Notes: a model not told the origin generated them from the letters alone. A stretch of DNA of 64,000 bases from Spirochaetia bacterium (GCA_963677595.1 OY782041.1:3200001-3264000); one strand, 5' to 3'. Positions 10,686 to 21,781 are shown, counted from the first letter of the stretch. Made by a program: numbers and translations.

Positions 10686-13600
10686 TCTGTTGATATCTAC
10701 CTCTCCTGGTTGGACGGTTCAGGTACCCTGGACCTGACGATGAGCTGGACCGAGGGAGCTTTCGTAGGTGCTATGACCGCGACAGCCTATGTGGTGCCGC
10801 TCGGCACTACAGAAGAGCAGCCGTTGGCTCTTAATGTTGGGGAAGGGAGTGCAGCCTGCAACCAGAGCCTGCCAACGGGACTGTACAAGCTGTTCGTGAC
10901 CCTTCAGGACTCTGGTGAATATTACAGCGGCCGGGTCGATGTCATAAACATCATGAAGGATGCGACGACCACGGCAGTCTATGAGTTCGAAGGGTTTACT
11001 GGTGAGGTAGGAGTCACGATCATCGACCCGGCTGATATGATCTTCCCGATGAGCTTATCAGCAGAGAGTACCAATATTCTGATAGGTCAGCCGGTCACCA
11101 TCACCGCTAGTATGGAGGATGCTGATTCCTATGAGTGGTATAACGGTGATGTACTGCTCACTGATTCAAGCGACTGCTGGATCACCTTGACCTCAGATAC
11201 TCCTAAAGTTGTCACGATATCCTGTATAGCAGTGAAGGGGGAGAGGGCCGCTTCTGCAGATGTCGAGATCACCTTCGGGCAGTTCGACCCTGCAGTCTCG
11301 ATGGAGAAGTACCTGGCAGCGAAGGCTATCCTGGACCAGGCGATGACGAATCCCCAGGAGACGCTGATCCTCGATGAAGTCTACAGCCTGCTCAACAGTG
11401 CTGTGGCACTTGACCCGGACAACTCAGATGCGGTACTTGCCCTGTCGATCCTGGACCTCTGCGGATTCCTCATCGATGATGACATCGAGGCTGTTATGCA
11501 GGATATGCTGGGGCTGGAGACTTATCCGGATACCTATGCTGACCTGTATGCGAACATTTTCCAGTTTGCGATGGATATATTGTTCCCTTCTGATGCACCT
11601 GTGAATATGACAGGGTTTGAAAATATCCTGTATGACTACAGTACGGAGGATAGATTTAATGCCTATCTGCCATATTTGGCTGGTTGGGATCCTGTAACAG
11701 ATGGATTCGGTCCAGATAGTTACTTTCTGCAGATGCTCGACAATCTGACAACCAGGGGCTACGATGCGGATGACGTGGTAGACGGCATCCTGGATGCCCT
11801 GGGAGACTCCCTGGACAAGGTGACTGGGAACCTTACAGGCTTGAGTGAGGGGACTCGGTTCGAGATCTCACAGGATACAGTTTTTGTATTATCTGTTTCA
11901 GTGCCTATTTATTACACCAGCGCAGAGACGAAAGCCATAGCGGCATTGCTCTACCAGCTGCAGAGCTACGCATACCTGGCTAAGGCCGTAGAGCTGGGAT
12001 TCGACTTCAACAGCCTGCTTGATTCACTTACCTTCGATATGTATGGGAACCCGATACTACCGAAAGATTATTCCCCGTTCGCTAACGGCTTCCTTGGTAT
12101 CGACAACGAAAATGCAGCTGAGGCAGTGGCAGATGCGAAAGCTTCGTTCCTGAAATCACTCAGCTTGATGCATGAATCAATGACAGCGATTGCTGCCCGG
12201 GAAGCAGAGGGGACTGAAGATGCCCTGTTTATTTCTCCGGATAATCCATGGTACACAAACTCATGGGCTGATATCTCGGATTACCTGCTCTTTGCGGACC
12301 ATATCGTAGGAGAGATCGAGAATTCAGTAATCAATGATGTACAGGCGATCATACCGTTGGATTGGATCGAGGATTGCACAGTGATCAATGACTATGTCGC
12401 TGCCGATTTTGCCAATTGGCCTACTGAAAGTACAGTCAGTAGTGATTTCTATGATCCGTACCGATTGGACATGAATGGTAATTTTGATGCTGATATAGCC
12501 TTGAACTTCAACAGGCTCTTCGATCCTGCGACTGCATTGTTCGACCTGCTGCTGGAGCTTGATGCTACCGGCGATGTGAGGCTTTACCACCTTGACAGTA
12601 TCGGGTACCCGATCCCGGAGGATGGCGGTTATGATGGGAGCAGGGCATACTACTGCCGTGTCCCGGATATCACGTTCAACGGCCTGATCCCCATCGAGAA
12701 CCTGCCGGCCACAGTCGAACAGTACAATGTGGGGATGGCTATGACCGTGGGTACCTTTGAAGAGAGTATGTTCACATTGCATGAATGGGGCGATGGTACC
12801 GTATCTCTCTATGTATCGATGAACTATCTTAGTTTCGCCATGATGAAGCAAAACTTCTACTATAACTACCAATACGGTAATGACAATGTACCTGTGCAGT
12901 ATCCCCTGGCGTATCATATCCTCACACCCGCAGGGGAGACGCATACGATCGATGTCTGGATGTCCTATGGGTTAGCCAGGGACCTTTCCAAGACTGAGTT
13001 CCAATACCTTTTCCGGGACAACACGATGACATTAGAAAGTGCCGGCACTTTCTGGTCCAGCATCCCTGAACTGTATGAATGGATGTCCCTAGATGCAGGG
13101 TCACAGTATGATGACATGAGCATGTATAAGATGTCGGCAGTGAACCCATTCGTACTGCCGCTCGACACCACATTCAGCATTCCATCTGATCACCAGCTGT
13201 ATCCAACCAGTGGGATGCTGTATCTTAGCTATCCCATTGAGGAGGCCGGTTATATCTCAATAGAAGCTGGTAGTGCAACTGCTACAACCATCTTTTTGAA
13301 TGGGTCCGAGATCGGGAATGGATCTGCCTATACCCAAGTCGTTGTCGGTGATGAGCTGGTCGTAGCTCACGATACATCGTATAGTAATTACTGCTACATA
13401 ACCTGCTGTAAGGATGACGCCCAAGGTTTGATCGATACATTTGAGACGGCACCGACACTTCAGGCTCCACCAGCTGGATCGTCTCCTGTCGCCCATGGAA
13501 GAACCGGCTGGGCCCTTCCCCCTGATCTGTACAAGCTGACAGCATATGGGAGTGCTCTTTCAATAACCATGGATCTGCCAAGTGATCCTGATCCCTCGAT

Positions 13601-13805
13601 TAACTTCCAGGAATATCTTCTACCAAACCGCTCATATCGTTTGCTGGACAGCAGCGGTAACAATCTAGGTTGGGATCTTGAGAATTACGAGGTTGTTCCT
13701 GATGCAACCTACTATATCGAAGTAGTGTCGGCAGATGGATTGGATTATGAGATATCCTGGCTTGATGCCGGGTTCGGGGGGTATCCTCCAGGCTACGAAT
13801 TCTGA
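10332..13805 (+). CDS. Large surface lipoprotein, paralog B
   Basis: Lipobox SIG-C; ASPR-S after first strand; colinear with paralog A but with a divergent C-terminal part. Confidence 0.85.
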   Translation: MKRSVLIVVSILVLVLSIGCDLGLNNNQEETGALSIGLASPRSVDSDLDREIASYDITLTHTVSGTVVAPDPFQKGDPIYFPDLIIGEWSIDVNALNASGTIVADGSAKTNIVPKSESSVDIYLSWLDGSGTLDLTMSWTEGAFVGAMTATAYVVPLGTTEEQPLALNVGEGSAACNQSLPTGLYKLFVTLQDSGEYYSGRVDVINIMKDATTTAVYEFEGFTGEVGVTIIDPADMIFPMSLSAESTNILIGQPVTITASMEDADSYEWYNGDVLLTDSSDCWITLTSDTPKVVTISCIAVKGERAASADVEITFGQFDPAVSMEKYLAAKAILDQAMTNPQETLILDEVYSLLNSAVALDPDNSDAVLALSILDLCGFLIDDDIEAVMQDMLGLETYPDTYADLYANIFQFAMDILFPSDAPVNMTGFENILYDYSTEDRFNAYLPYLAGWDPVTDGFGPDSYFLQMLDNLTTRGYDADDVVDGILDALGDSLDKVTGNLTGLSEGTRFEISQDTVFVLSVSVPIYYTSAETKAIAALLYQLQSYAYLAKAVELGFDFNSLLDSLTFDMYGNPILPKDYSPFANGFLGIDNENAAEAVADAKASFLKSLSLMHESMTAIAAREAEGTEDALFISPDNPWYTNSWADISDYLLFADHIVGEIENSVINDVQAIIPLDWIEDCTVINDYVAADFANWPTESTVSSDFYDPYRLDMNGNFDADIALNFNRLFDPATALFDLLLELDATGDVRLYHLDSIGYPIPEDGGYDGSRAYYCRVPDITFNGLIPIENLPATVEQYNVGMAMTVGTFEESMFTLHEWGDGTVSLYVSMNYLSFAMMKQNFYYNYQYGNDNVPVQYPLAYHILTPAGETHTIDVWMSYGLARDLSKTEFQYLFRDNTMTLESAGTFWSSIPELYEWMSLDAGSQYDDMSMYKMSAVNPFVLPLDTTFSIPSDHQLYPTSGMLYLSYPIEEAGYISIEAGSATATTIFLNGSEIGNGSAYTQVVVGDELVVAHDTSYSNYCYITCCKDDAQGLIDTFETAPTLQAPPAGSSPVAHGRTGWALPPDLYKLTAYGSALSITMDLPSDPDPSINFQEYLLPNRSYRLLDSSGNNLGWDLENYEVVPDATYYIEVVSADGLDYEISWLDAGFGGYPPGYEF

Positions 13806-15323
13806 GGCAGTACTCATAGATATGTATGGGGGTGATGTTATAGTGCGTTACCCGCGGTTGGGATCCTGGATACACACGTGCCCGGCTTCACGACCTGATT
13901 TCACATAAAGTAAAGGGGAAGAAGTATGAAGCGGTCAGCAATGATCGTTGTAAGTATCCTGGTATTGGTCCTCAGCCTGGGCTGTGACCTTGGCCTGAAT
14001 AACAACCAGGAGGAGACCGGGGCCTTGAGCATCGGGCTTGCCAGCCCGAGGTCGGTCGATTCCGACCTTGACCGGGAGATCGCTTCCTATGAGGTTAGCC
14101 TGAAACATACGATATCAGGAACGATTATAACCCCTGAGCCGTTCCTGAAAGGGGATCCCATCTATTTCCCTGACCTGATCATCGGGGAGTGGACCATCGA
14201 TGTGAATGCCCTCAACGCTTCCGGGACGATCGTGGCGGACGGCAGTGCCAAGACGAACATCGCACCGAAGAGTGAGAGCTCTGTTGATATCTACCTATCC
14301 TGGCTTGATGGGTCAGGTACCCTGGACCTGACGATGAGCTGGACCGAGGGAGCCTTCGTAGGTGCTATGACCACGACAGCCTATGTCGTGCCGCTCGGCA
14401 CTACGGACCAGCTGTCATTGGCCCTAAATGCAGGGGAAGGGAGTGCAACCTGCAACCAGAGCCTGCCAACGGGACTGTACAAGCTGTTCGTCAGTCTGGA
14501 GGACTCCGGAGAATACTCTAATGGCCATGTGGCTATCATAAACATCATGAAGGATGCGGCGACCACGGTGGCCTATGAGTTCGTGGGATACACCGGGGAC
14601 ATGGGAATCACGATCATAGACCCGGAAGACCCGGTGTTTGAGCTGAGTCTCTCAGCAGACAGCTCTGTGGTAGCATTAGGCGGGTCAGCATACCTTCAAG
14701 CAAGCGTAACGGATGCTGACCGGTATGAATGGTATGTCGAGAACCAGTTACTGGACGAAGCTTCTGAGAACTGGCTGTCCGTTTCGACCGATACTCCCTG
14801 GGTGATGACTGTTACCTGTATTGCCTATAAAGGAGATTCAGCAGCAGCAGCGAGCATGGAGATTGTCTTCGGGGAGTTTGACCCTGCAGTCTCGATGGAC
14901 AAGTACCTTGCCGCAAAAGCTATCCTGGACCAGGCGATCATGAACCCTCCGGAGACCCTGGACCTTGATGCAGTCTACAGCTTGCTCAACAGTGCGGTAG
15001 CCCTGGACCCGAACAACTCTGATGCGGTACTTGCACTCTCGGTCCTCGATCTCTGCGGCTTTCTCATCGATGATGATATCGCTGCCGTGATGCAGGATAT
15101 GATTGGATGGGAAAGATACCCTGAGACCTTTGCAGACCTGTATGCGAACATCTTCCAGATAGCGATGAGAGGGATGCTGCCCTATTACTCGCCGGTGAAT
15201 ACGACTGATTTCTCGAATATCCTGTATGACTATGATTCAGATGAAGACCAGTATGAGTATATACCATTTCTTGCTGGCTTGAGCTCATCCATATACGGTG
15301 TTAGTCAAGAAACATACATTAAC

Positions 15324-17115
15324 CTATAGTTCCCACTCCATTTTCGTACCACACAAGATGGAGGCCCCCGATATGTGATGCTGGAACCCAATTTCGGTTC
15401 AGTATCCCTTATCTCCTTTTAAATGGCTTGTTCTCACTGAAATACCCACTATAAATCTGATAAATCAGACACAATGCTGACCATCTTCTTGTCACAGGAG
15501 GAGGAATGTGGTACTATTGTGGTACGAATACAGAAGTACCACAAGGAGTATGCAGTGGCACACTACATCAGATACCAGAACAAGGCAGATAAGACCTATG
15601 CGCAGATTATTGATGCGGTCAGGGTGGACGGCAAGAAGGAAAACCACTATATCGCCAGCCTCGGTACGGTAATCGATAAAGAGCAAGGGGTCTTCAGATC
15701 AAAAGAGCGAGGGATCTACACCTATACCCTGGAGGACGGATACGGTGAAGCTCCTCGAGAGATTGAGATGCTCCATGAAGGCATGAAGCGGGAGCGGCTT
15801 ATCCTTGATTTCGGTGACAGTTATATGCTGGATCACTATCTGAGGAATTCCAGTCCGTTCTTTGATCTGTTCTCTGCTATCCTGCCACAACAGCGTGACA
15901 GTCTGTTTGCGCTTCTGTTCTTCAGGCTCCTCACTGATAAAAAGGCCTATATGTATGCACAGTCCTGGCATGAAGGGAATTATGCAAGCATTCTCTATCC
16001 AAACGCACGACTCCAGAGTCAGCGGATCAGTGATTTCCTCACCGCACTTGGTGATGAAGAGGTGGGCCGGGGCTTTTTCTCTTCCTATCTGAACCAGCTG
16101 TATCCGGATCATACCGGCACGGGGATTCTCATTGACAGTACCGGGCTGCATAATGCGGTGGATATGCCGTTGACCGCACTGAGCAACCATAATGGAGACA
16201 TCAACTTTGAGACACGGTTGATCTATGTGATTGACCGGTTCAACGGCATGCCGCTGTACCTGCGCTATTGCCCCGGGAATGTAGTCGATGTAACCACATT
16301 GTGCACCACGGTAGAGGAGTTACGGCAGTTAGGAGTACGGACAGACTTTGCGATCGTAGATGCCGGATACTATAGTGAAGATAACGTTGATGCGCTTTAT
16401 GCAGCTGATATAGCTTTTGTCTCCCGAGTGGGCCCCAACAGGAAGCTGTGCAAGACGCTTATCGAAACGCATGCCCCAAGTATCCGACAGGCACAGTATA
16501 TGGTGCCGTTTGGTAATCGAATCGTGTATATGAGGCGATTCTCCGTTGATTTGCATGGACATCCCGGCTATGCCTATTTGGGCGTTGACATGGACAGTCG
16601 CAATTTGCAGGAGAAGAAGGTGTCCCTGCAGGCGCTCAATGACAGGCTCCCATTTGATGAGATAGACAAGAAGATGGGGAAGTTAGGCTCCTTTGTCCTC
16701 GTATCCTCTCAGAAGATGGAGTGCCAGGATATGCTGCCCCTGTATTATACGAGAACACAGGTGGAGCAGGTATTTGATATCGCCAAGAATAATGCTGATG
16801 TGGTTCCGCTCAGGATTCATGGAGAACAGACCCTTCGAGGTCATCTGCTGCTCACATTTCTCGCAACGGTACTGTTTCAGCAACTTCAGAAAGACCTGGT
16901 ACTGCATACGCAGAAAAAGGACAAACTGAACCCTGAAGGCAGTTTCTTCGTACTGAGAAACCAGAAGTGTAAAGTATATGATCGACTGGTGATTCCACAA
17001 GAACCGACAAAGAAGATGAATGACATCTATAGACTTCTAAAGGTTCCTACCCCAACTTCCATCCCCTATACGCGGTTGTAAGTCCTGTGGTACGAAAAGG
17101 GGGTGGGAACTATAG
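15324..17115 (+). mobile_element. Insertion sequence, 1792 bp, IS1634-like (IS4 superfamily DDE)
   Basis: 30-bp terminal inverted repeats (CTATAGTTCCCACTCCATTTTCGTACCACA at 15324-15353; reverse complement at 17086-17115, 2 mismatches); 5-bp target duplication TTAAC at 15319-15323 and 17116-17120; single transposase ORF. Confidence 0.93.
15555..17081 (+). CDS. DDE transposase, IS1634-like
   Basis: Catalytic motifs ILIDST, IVDAGYYS and Y-x2-R-x2-VE-x2-F-x3-K. Likely GTG start at 15555 after AAGGAG (ORF track starts at 15474). Confidence 0.88.
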   Translation: MAHYIRYQNKADKTYAQIIDAVRVDGKKENHYIASLGTVIDKEQGVFRSKERGIYTYTLEDGYGEAPREIEMLHEGMKRERLILDFGDSYMLDHYLRNSSPFFDLFSAILPQQRDSLFALLFFRLLTDKKAYMYAQSWHEGNYASILYPNARLQSQRISDFLTALGDEEVGRGFFSSYLNQLYPDHTGTGILIDSTGLHNAVDMPLTALSNHNGDINFETRLIYVIDRFNGMPLYLRYCPGNVVDVTTLCTTVEELRQLGVRTDFAIVDAGYYSEDNVDALYAADIAFVSRVGPNRKLCKTLIETHAPSIRQAQYMVPFGNRIVYMRRFSVDLHGHPGYAYLGVDMDSRNLQEKKVSLQALNDRLPFDEIDKKMGKLGSFVLVSSQKMECQDMLPLYYTRTQVEQVFDIAKNNADVVPLRIHGEQTLRGHLLLTFLATVLFQQLQKDLVLHTQKKDKLNPEGSFFVLRNQKCKVYDRLVIPQEPTKKMNDIYRLLKVPTPTSIPYTRL

Positions 17116-19179
17116 TTAACCAGATGCTCGCGAACCTGACGGCAAGCGGGTATGATGTGGATGATGTCATTGACGGTATCCTGGATGCCTTGGGAGACTC
17201 CCTTGATAACGTGACGGGTAACCTAGCTGGGTTGAGTGATGAGACACGGTTCGTTATCTCTGAGAACACACTCGTTCACTCAACGATCTATTCAATTGAT
17301 GGACCGCCAGTAGTCCCCCTCGAATACTTCACCAGTGCTGAAACCAAAGCGATAGCAGCGATGCTGTATCAGCTTCAGAGTTATGCCTACCTTGTTAAGG
17401 CCGTGGATATGGGGTTCGATTACAATGAGATCCTCTGGGCGATTGACTATTATATCTCGACCGGTGAGGTTGATATCCCTGATGATTACTCCCCTTTTGC
17501 CAACGGTTTCCTGGGTATAGACAATGAGGATGTGGCAGAAGCCGTGGCAGATGCGGAAGCATCATTCCTGAAATCACTCAGCTTGATGCACGAGGCGATG
17601 ACCACGATTGCGGCTCGTGAAGCGGAAGGGACGGAAGATGCCCTGCTAATTTCTCCGGATAATTTTGACCCCTATACTTGGGGGGAAATCTCGGATTACC
17701 TGCTGTTTGCCGACCATGTTGTTGGTGAGATCGAGAACTCAGTCCTCAATGATGTACAGGCGATCATACCATTGGATTGGATCGAGAATCCATCAGCAAT
17801 CTCTGGTTATGTAGCAGCAGACTTTGCGAACTGGCCGACTGAGGTCTCCATGATTCTCGAGGATTATGATGACTACTGGTATGCATTGCCCGATGGCTGT
17901 GCATCATTCGGCATTAACTTCAGCAGAATCTTCGACCCGACCACATCACTGCTCAGTATCCTGCTTGAGCTTGATGCATCAGGTGATATCCAGCTCTATA
18001 CCTTCGATGAGAGCGGGAACCCCGTAGCAGCAGTGAAAGGTGTGGATGCGTTCGATCCTTCAGCTTACTATTATTTCCGGATCCCTGATGTGACCCTGAA
18101 TGGGCTGCTCTCACTGGATGATCTACCGATGACACTGGAACAGCTGAATACCCTCGTTGAATATGATGGACCCGGAGTTGAAGAACCCGTATTCTTCATG
18201 GTAGAGAATGCAGACGGAACAGTCTCATGGTACTGGTCCATGAATTACCTCTGTGCCGGATTGGCTGCAGGTTACAGTTCCTATGGTGTATATCAGTACC
18301 CGCTTGCCTATCACATCCTGACTGATGCAGAAACCTATACTGCAGATATCCCAGTCCGGATGTCATATGGACTGGTTTCAGACAAAGACTTCCCAGGATA
18401 TAAAAATGTCTACTTTGACAATACGATGGACCTGACAAGTACCGGTTCCTTCTGGAGCACATTACCTGAGTTTGGCCGCTGGGTCAACAAAGACCCATCA
18501 GAGCAGTACAACGATATGAGCATGTATAAGATGACAGCTGAGAACCCGTTTCAGCTTCCCATGGACTCTTATTTCGATCTCGGAGCTTGGGACTCTGTAT
18601 ACCCGGATAGTGGTGATATTTACTTTGAATATACTGCTGATAAGGATGGAGTAGTGACTCTATATAATCAATCGTATTATAGCGTTGAGTTTTGGAAGGA
18701 TGGTGAAGCTCTTACTGATCTGACAAGCATCAGTGTAATGACAGGGGATGTAATAACGGGGTACAGTAATGCTTATAATATGAATTTGTCTTGTATCTAT
18801 GATGATGGTCTCGGTGATATCAGCAGCATGGGAAGCGCCTATGCACTTGCTGAGAATACGACAGTACAAGGGCGAATTCATTATGGTCTGCCAGCTGATT
18901 ATTTCGTGATCAATCCTACGACTGATAGAGTACGAATCCAACTGGATTCACCCGATGTACCTTCATCGATACAGATACCTGGCATATATACCCTGTATCA
19001 TAATTTTAATGCTTATAATCAGTATGGGAACCAGATCTACTACACATACCGTGAGAATGATTTCGAGATTGATGTTAGTGGTTTGACCTATCTTGTTCTT
19101 GGAAGTTTTAAAGGTCTTGACTACATCATCAGCTGGGAGGATGTTGGGGATCCTCTGCCTATAGGAGGAGTTGGGACAT

Positions 19180-20225
19180 TTTTGAAACGAACAATTGCGG
19201 ATGATCTAGCTTTTGCTAGTTCAGCATATCCTGCAGATATGGATGGAGATGGAGATATGGATGTTTTTGGGTCAACTGACGCATATAATATCCTTAATTG
19301 GTGGGAGAATGATGGGAATGGATATTTCTCCGAGAATCCGGTAGAAAGTGAGTCCTATGGTGCTTTTGTTACGATTGCTATAGATATGGATGATGATGGA
19401 GATTTGGATATTCTTGGAGCTTCGGCTCAAAATGGTGCTATCCTCTGGTGGGAGAATGATGGTAGTGAAAATTTCACCAGGCATATCATAGATAGTACAT
19501 TCTCTGGTGGTTTCTCAGTCTATGCCACTGATATGGATAAAGACGGGGATGTAGATGTCCTTGGTACATCTGTATTGGATGGGGTAATAGCCTGGTGGGA
19601 GAATGATGGATATGAGAATTTCACTACTAAACATACAATCGATAGCACGTTAGCCGGTGCTTGCTCGGTCTATACCGCAGATATGGATGGTGACGGGGAC
19701 GTCGATGTTCTTGGTGCAGGTATTGATAGTGACACTGTAGCCTGGTGGGAGAATGATGGATATGAGAATTTCATCGTGCATATCCTGAATGATGAGTTCA
19801 ATGGCGCTTGTTCAGTCTTTGCTGAAGATCTGGATAGGGATGGTGACATTGACATTATTGGAGCAGGGTATGCGAGTGATACAGTAGCATGGTGGGAGAA
19901 TAACGGTAGTGGGTACTTCAACATGCATATCATAGACAATGTATTCGATTGTGTTTTCTCAGTCATCGCTACGGATATGGATGGGGACGGTGACATTGAT
20001 CTCCTTGGTTCTGCAATCGATCCCTATGGAGAGACAATCGTAACCGATACCATAGTCTGGTGGGAGAATGACGGGTCTGAAAACTTCTCAAAACATGTGA
20101 TTGACAGTACGTTGGATGGAGTTCTATTCGTTCATGCTGCTGACATGGATGGCGACGGTGATAACGATGTTATAGGATCGGCTGTGTATAATGATGCAAT
20201 CGTCTGGTGGGAAAATGACTATATC
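19180..20225 (+). repeat. Seven intragenic FG-GAP/VCBS-like repeats of about 49 aa
   Basis: Recurring A-x-DMDGDGD-x-DVLG...WWENDG-x-E-N-F unit, seven WWEN copies. Confidence 0.85.
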
Positions 20226-20278
20226 AGTTACTAATCGAGTCAGTGAGAAGGTTGGTTGATGATCACACTATGATCAAT

Positions 20279-20697
20279 AAGCCGGGTACTCCAGTACCCG
20301 GCTTTACCCGTTCAATATGCAAAAGTACGTAAGGAAGTGAAGTATGAAGCGATCAGCACTCATCGTTGTAAGTATCCTGGTATTGGTTCTCAGCCTTGGC
20401 TGTGACCTTGGTCTTAACAACAACCAGGAGGAGACCGGGACCTTAAGTATCGGGCTTGCAAGCCCGAGATCGGTCGATTCCGACTTGGACCGGGAGATCG
20501 CTTCATATGACATCACCCTGACCCATACAGTGTCAGGTACAGTGGTAGCCCCTGACCCCTTCCTGAAAGGGGATCCCATCTACTTCCCAGACCTGATCAT
20601 CGGGGAGTGGACTGTATCTGTGGATGCCCTCAATGCAGACGGGACGATCGTGGCGGACGGCAGTGCCAAGACGAACATCGTACCGAAGAGCGAGAGC
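20279..20697 (+). repeat. About 420-bp direct repeat, copy 2 (hairpin, leader and 5' end of paralog D)
   Basis: Near-identical to 10267-10685; hairpin AAGCCGGGTAC-tcca-GTACCCGGCTT at 20279-20304. Confidence 0.85.
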
Positions 20698-20709
20698 ACT
20701 TCCGTCTAA
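20344..20709 (+). pseudogene. Truncated paralog D (signal peptide and most of domain 1 only)
   Basis: Almost identical to the N-terminus of B/C up to PKSES; homology then ends abruptly at about 20697 and a stop follows. Confidence 0.8.
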
Positions 20710-20905
20710 AGATGAGATGGCTCTCTTATGGGAAAAGTCAGGAGGTTTAGATGCTATTCCAATAGCTTTAACACCAGGATCATATTGGACTTCATCAGAA
20801 TCAGATTTGAATAATGCCTGGATGGTGAATACCTATTCGGGAATGCAAGTACAAATTGGAAAGTATAACTGCTATTCCAATATTCGTCCAATAAGGATGT
20901 TCTGA
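20699..20905 (+). pseudogene. Orphan C-terminal fragment of a DUF1566/Lcl-C (C-type-lectin-like) domain
   Basis: LPSKDEM...YWTSSE...NAWMV...GK...IRPIRMF matches the tails of the 26777 and 43203 genes; no own start, and out of frame with paralog D. Confidence 0.75.
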
Positions 20906-20981
20906 TTTATAATAAGCAACAAGGCTTATTTCCATGAAAGACTGAATGGTGATGAGATATTGAAATAACTGGATTGTATAT

Positions 20982-21010
20982 TTGATTACACAGCATCTAA
21001 CAGGTATAAT
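20982..21010 (+). promoter_or_regulatory. Sigma70-type promoter for the LolA-like/MMPL/barrel operon
   Basis: TTGATT (20982-20987), 17-nt spacer, TATAAT (21005-21010), about 50 nt upstream of ATG 21059. Confidence 0.6.
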
Positions 21011-21058
21011 GACTAGTATGCTAAGTAATGTATCAAGTGAACTCAGGAAACATACTAT

Positions 21059-21781
21059 ATGAATATAAGAAAGACAGTCCTGATCTGCATCTCCCTCTTC
21101 CTCCCATTGATACCTGTATTCAGTATAGATGCCAGGGCCATCCTCGAGGAGGCTTCCCTCCTCGGGAATGTTCCCTGTGCCGAGTACTCGGTCGGCATGG
21201 AGATCGAGCAGGAGAAGGGGAGCAAGACCCGACAGCTTGAGATCTACCGGGATGAGAGCGGTGGCGCAGAGAAATTCCTTGTCCAGATCGTACAGCCGGC
21301 ATTCCTGAAGAACATGAAGCTGTTATCGATCACTCAGGCTGGTGACCAGATGCGGTGGCTGAAGACCTCGAGGGGAGTGAAGCGGCTGTCTGCCTCATCA
21401 CGTGATGACCAGCCGCTCTTCGACTCCGATTTCTCTACCTCAGACCTCCTGATGATAGATCTTGATGCATATGATCTGGAGATCACCCATGAGGCAGGAT
21501 CTGCAGTAATGATCAGGGTATCTGCCAAGACCGGTCAGGATGACCGCACCATCACCGTCGATACAGCTAAGGGCCTGGTCATACAGGTCGATTACCTCGA
21601 TGCAGGGAAGGTGTACAAGCAGTATACCGTGCTAGAGACCCAGGAAGTCGACAATGCAGTCCTGCCTTCAGTCTGCAGCATGGTTCAACTGGAGGAGGGG
21701 ACACAGACAGTACTGACGTTCGATTCAGTCGAGCTGAAAGACTCGATCCCGTCCCGCTACTTCAACAGCAGCCAGCTGTGA
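21059..21781 (+). CDS. LolA-like outer-membrane lipoprotein-sorting family protein
   Basis: Sec signal peptide; family-like motifs FLVQIVQPAFLKNMKLL, RWL...VKRLS and LFDSDFSTSDL; ends SRYFNSSQL. Confidence 0.75.
   Translation: MNIRKTVLICISLFLPLIPVFSIDARAILEEASLLGNVPCAEYSVGMEIEQEKGSKTRQLEIYRDESGGAEKFLVQIVQPAFLKNMKLLSITQAGDQMRWLKTSRGVKRLSASSRDDQPLFDSDFSTSDLLMIDLDAYDLEITHEAGSAVMIRVSAKTGQDDRTITVDTAKGLVIQVDYLDAGKVYKQYTVLETQEVDNAVLPSVCSMVQLEEGTQTVLTFDSVELKDSIPSRYFNSSQL

Larger units (their letters stand above)
13926..20234 (+). pseudogene. Large surface lipoprotein, paralog C, interrupted by IS; carries an extra C-terminal FG-GAP/VCBS beta-propeller
   Basis: Removing the IS and one TTAAC copy joins 13926-15323 to 17121-20234 in frame (ETYIN-QMLANL, matching ESYLLQMLANL in A), giving 1503 aa. 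Lipobox SLG-C. Confidence 0.9.

Noticed and set aside
17103-20234. 1043-aa ORF as an independent gene
   Set aside because: Its start lies inside the IS right inverted repeat; it is the 3' half of paralog C.
20780-20905. Complete DGR (VR/TR pair with reverse transcriptase) in this window
   Set aside because: No RT ORF and no adenine-mismatched template copy of any DUF1566 3' end was seen.
20624-20905. 93-aa ORF as a real gene
   Set aside because: Its first 25 codons are an alternate frame of paralog D; only the tail is a genuine coding remnant.
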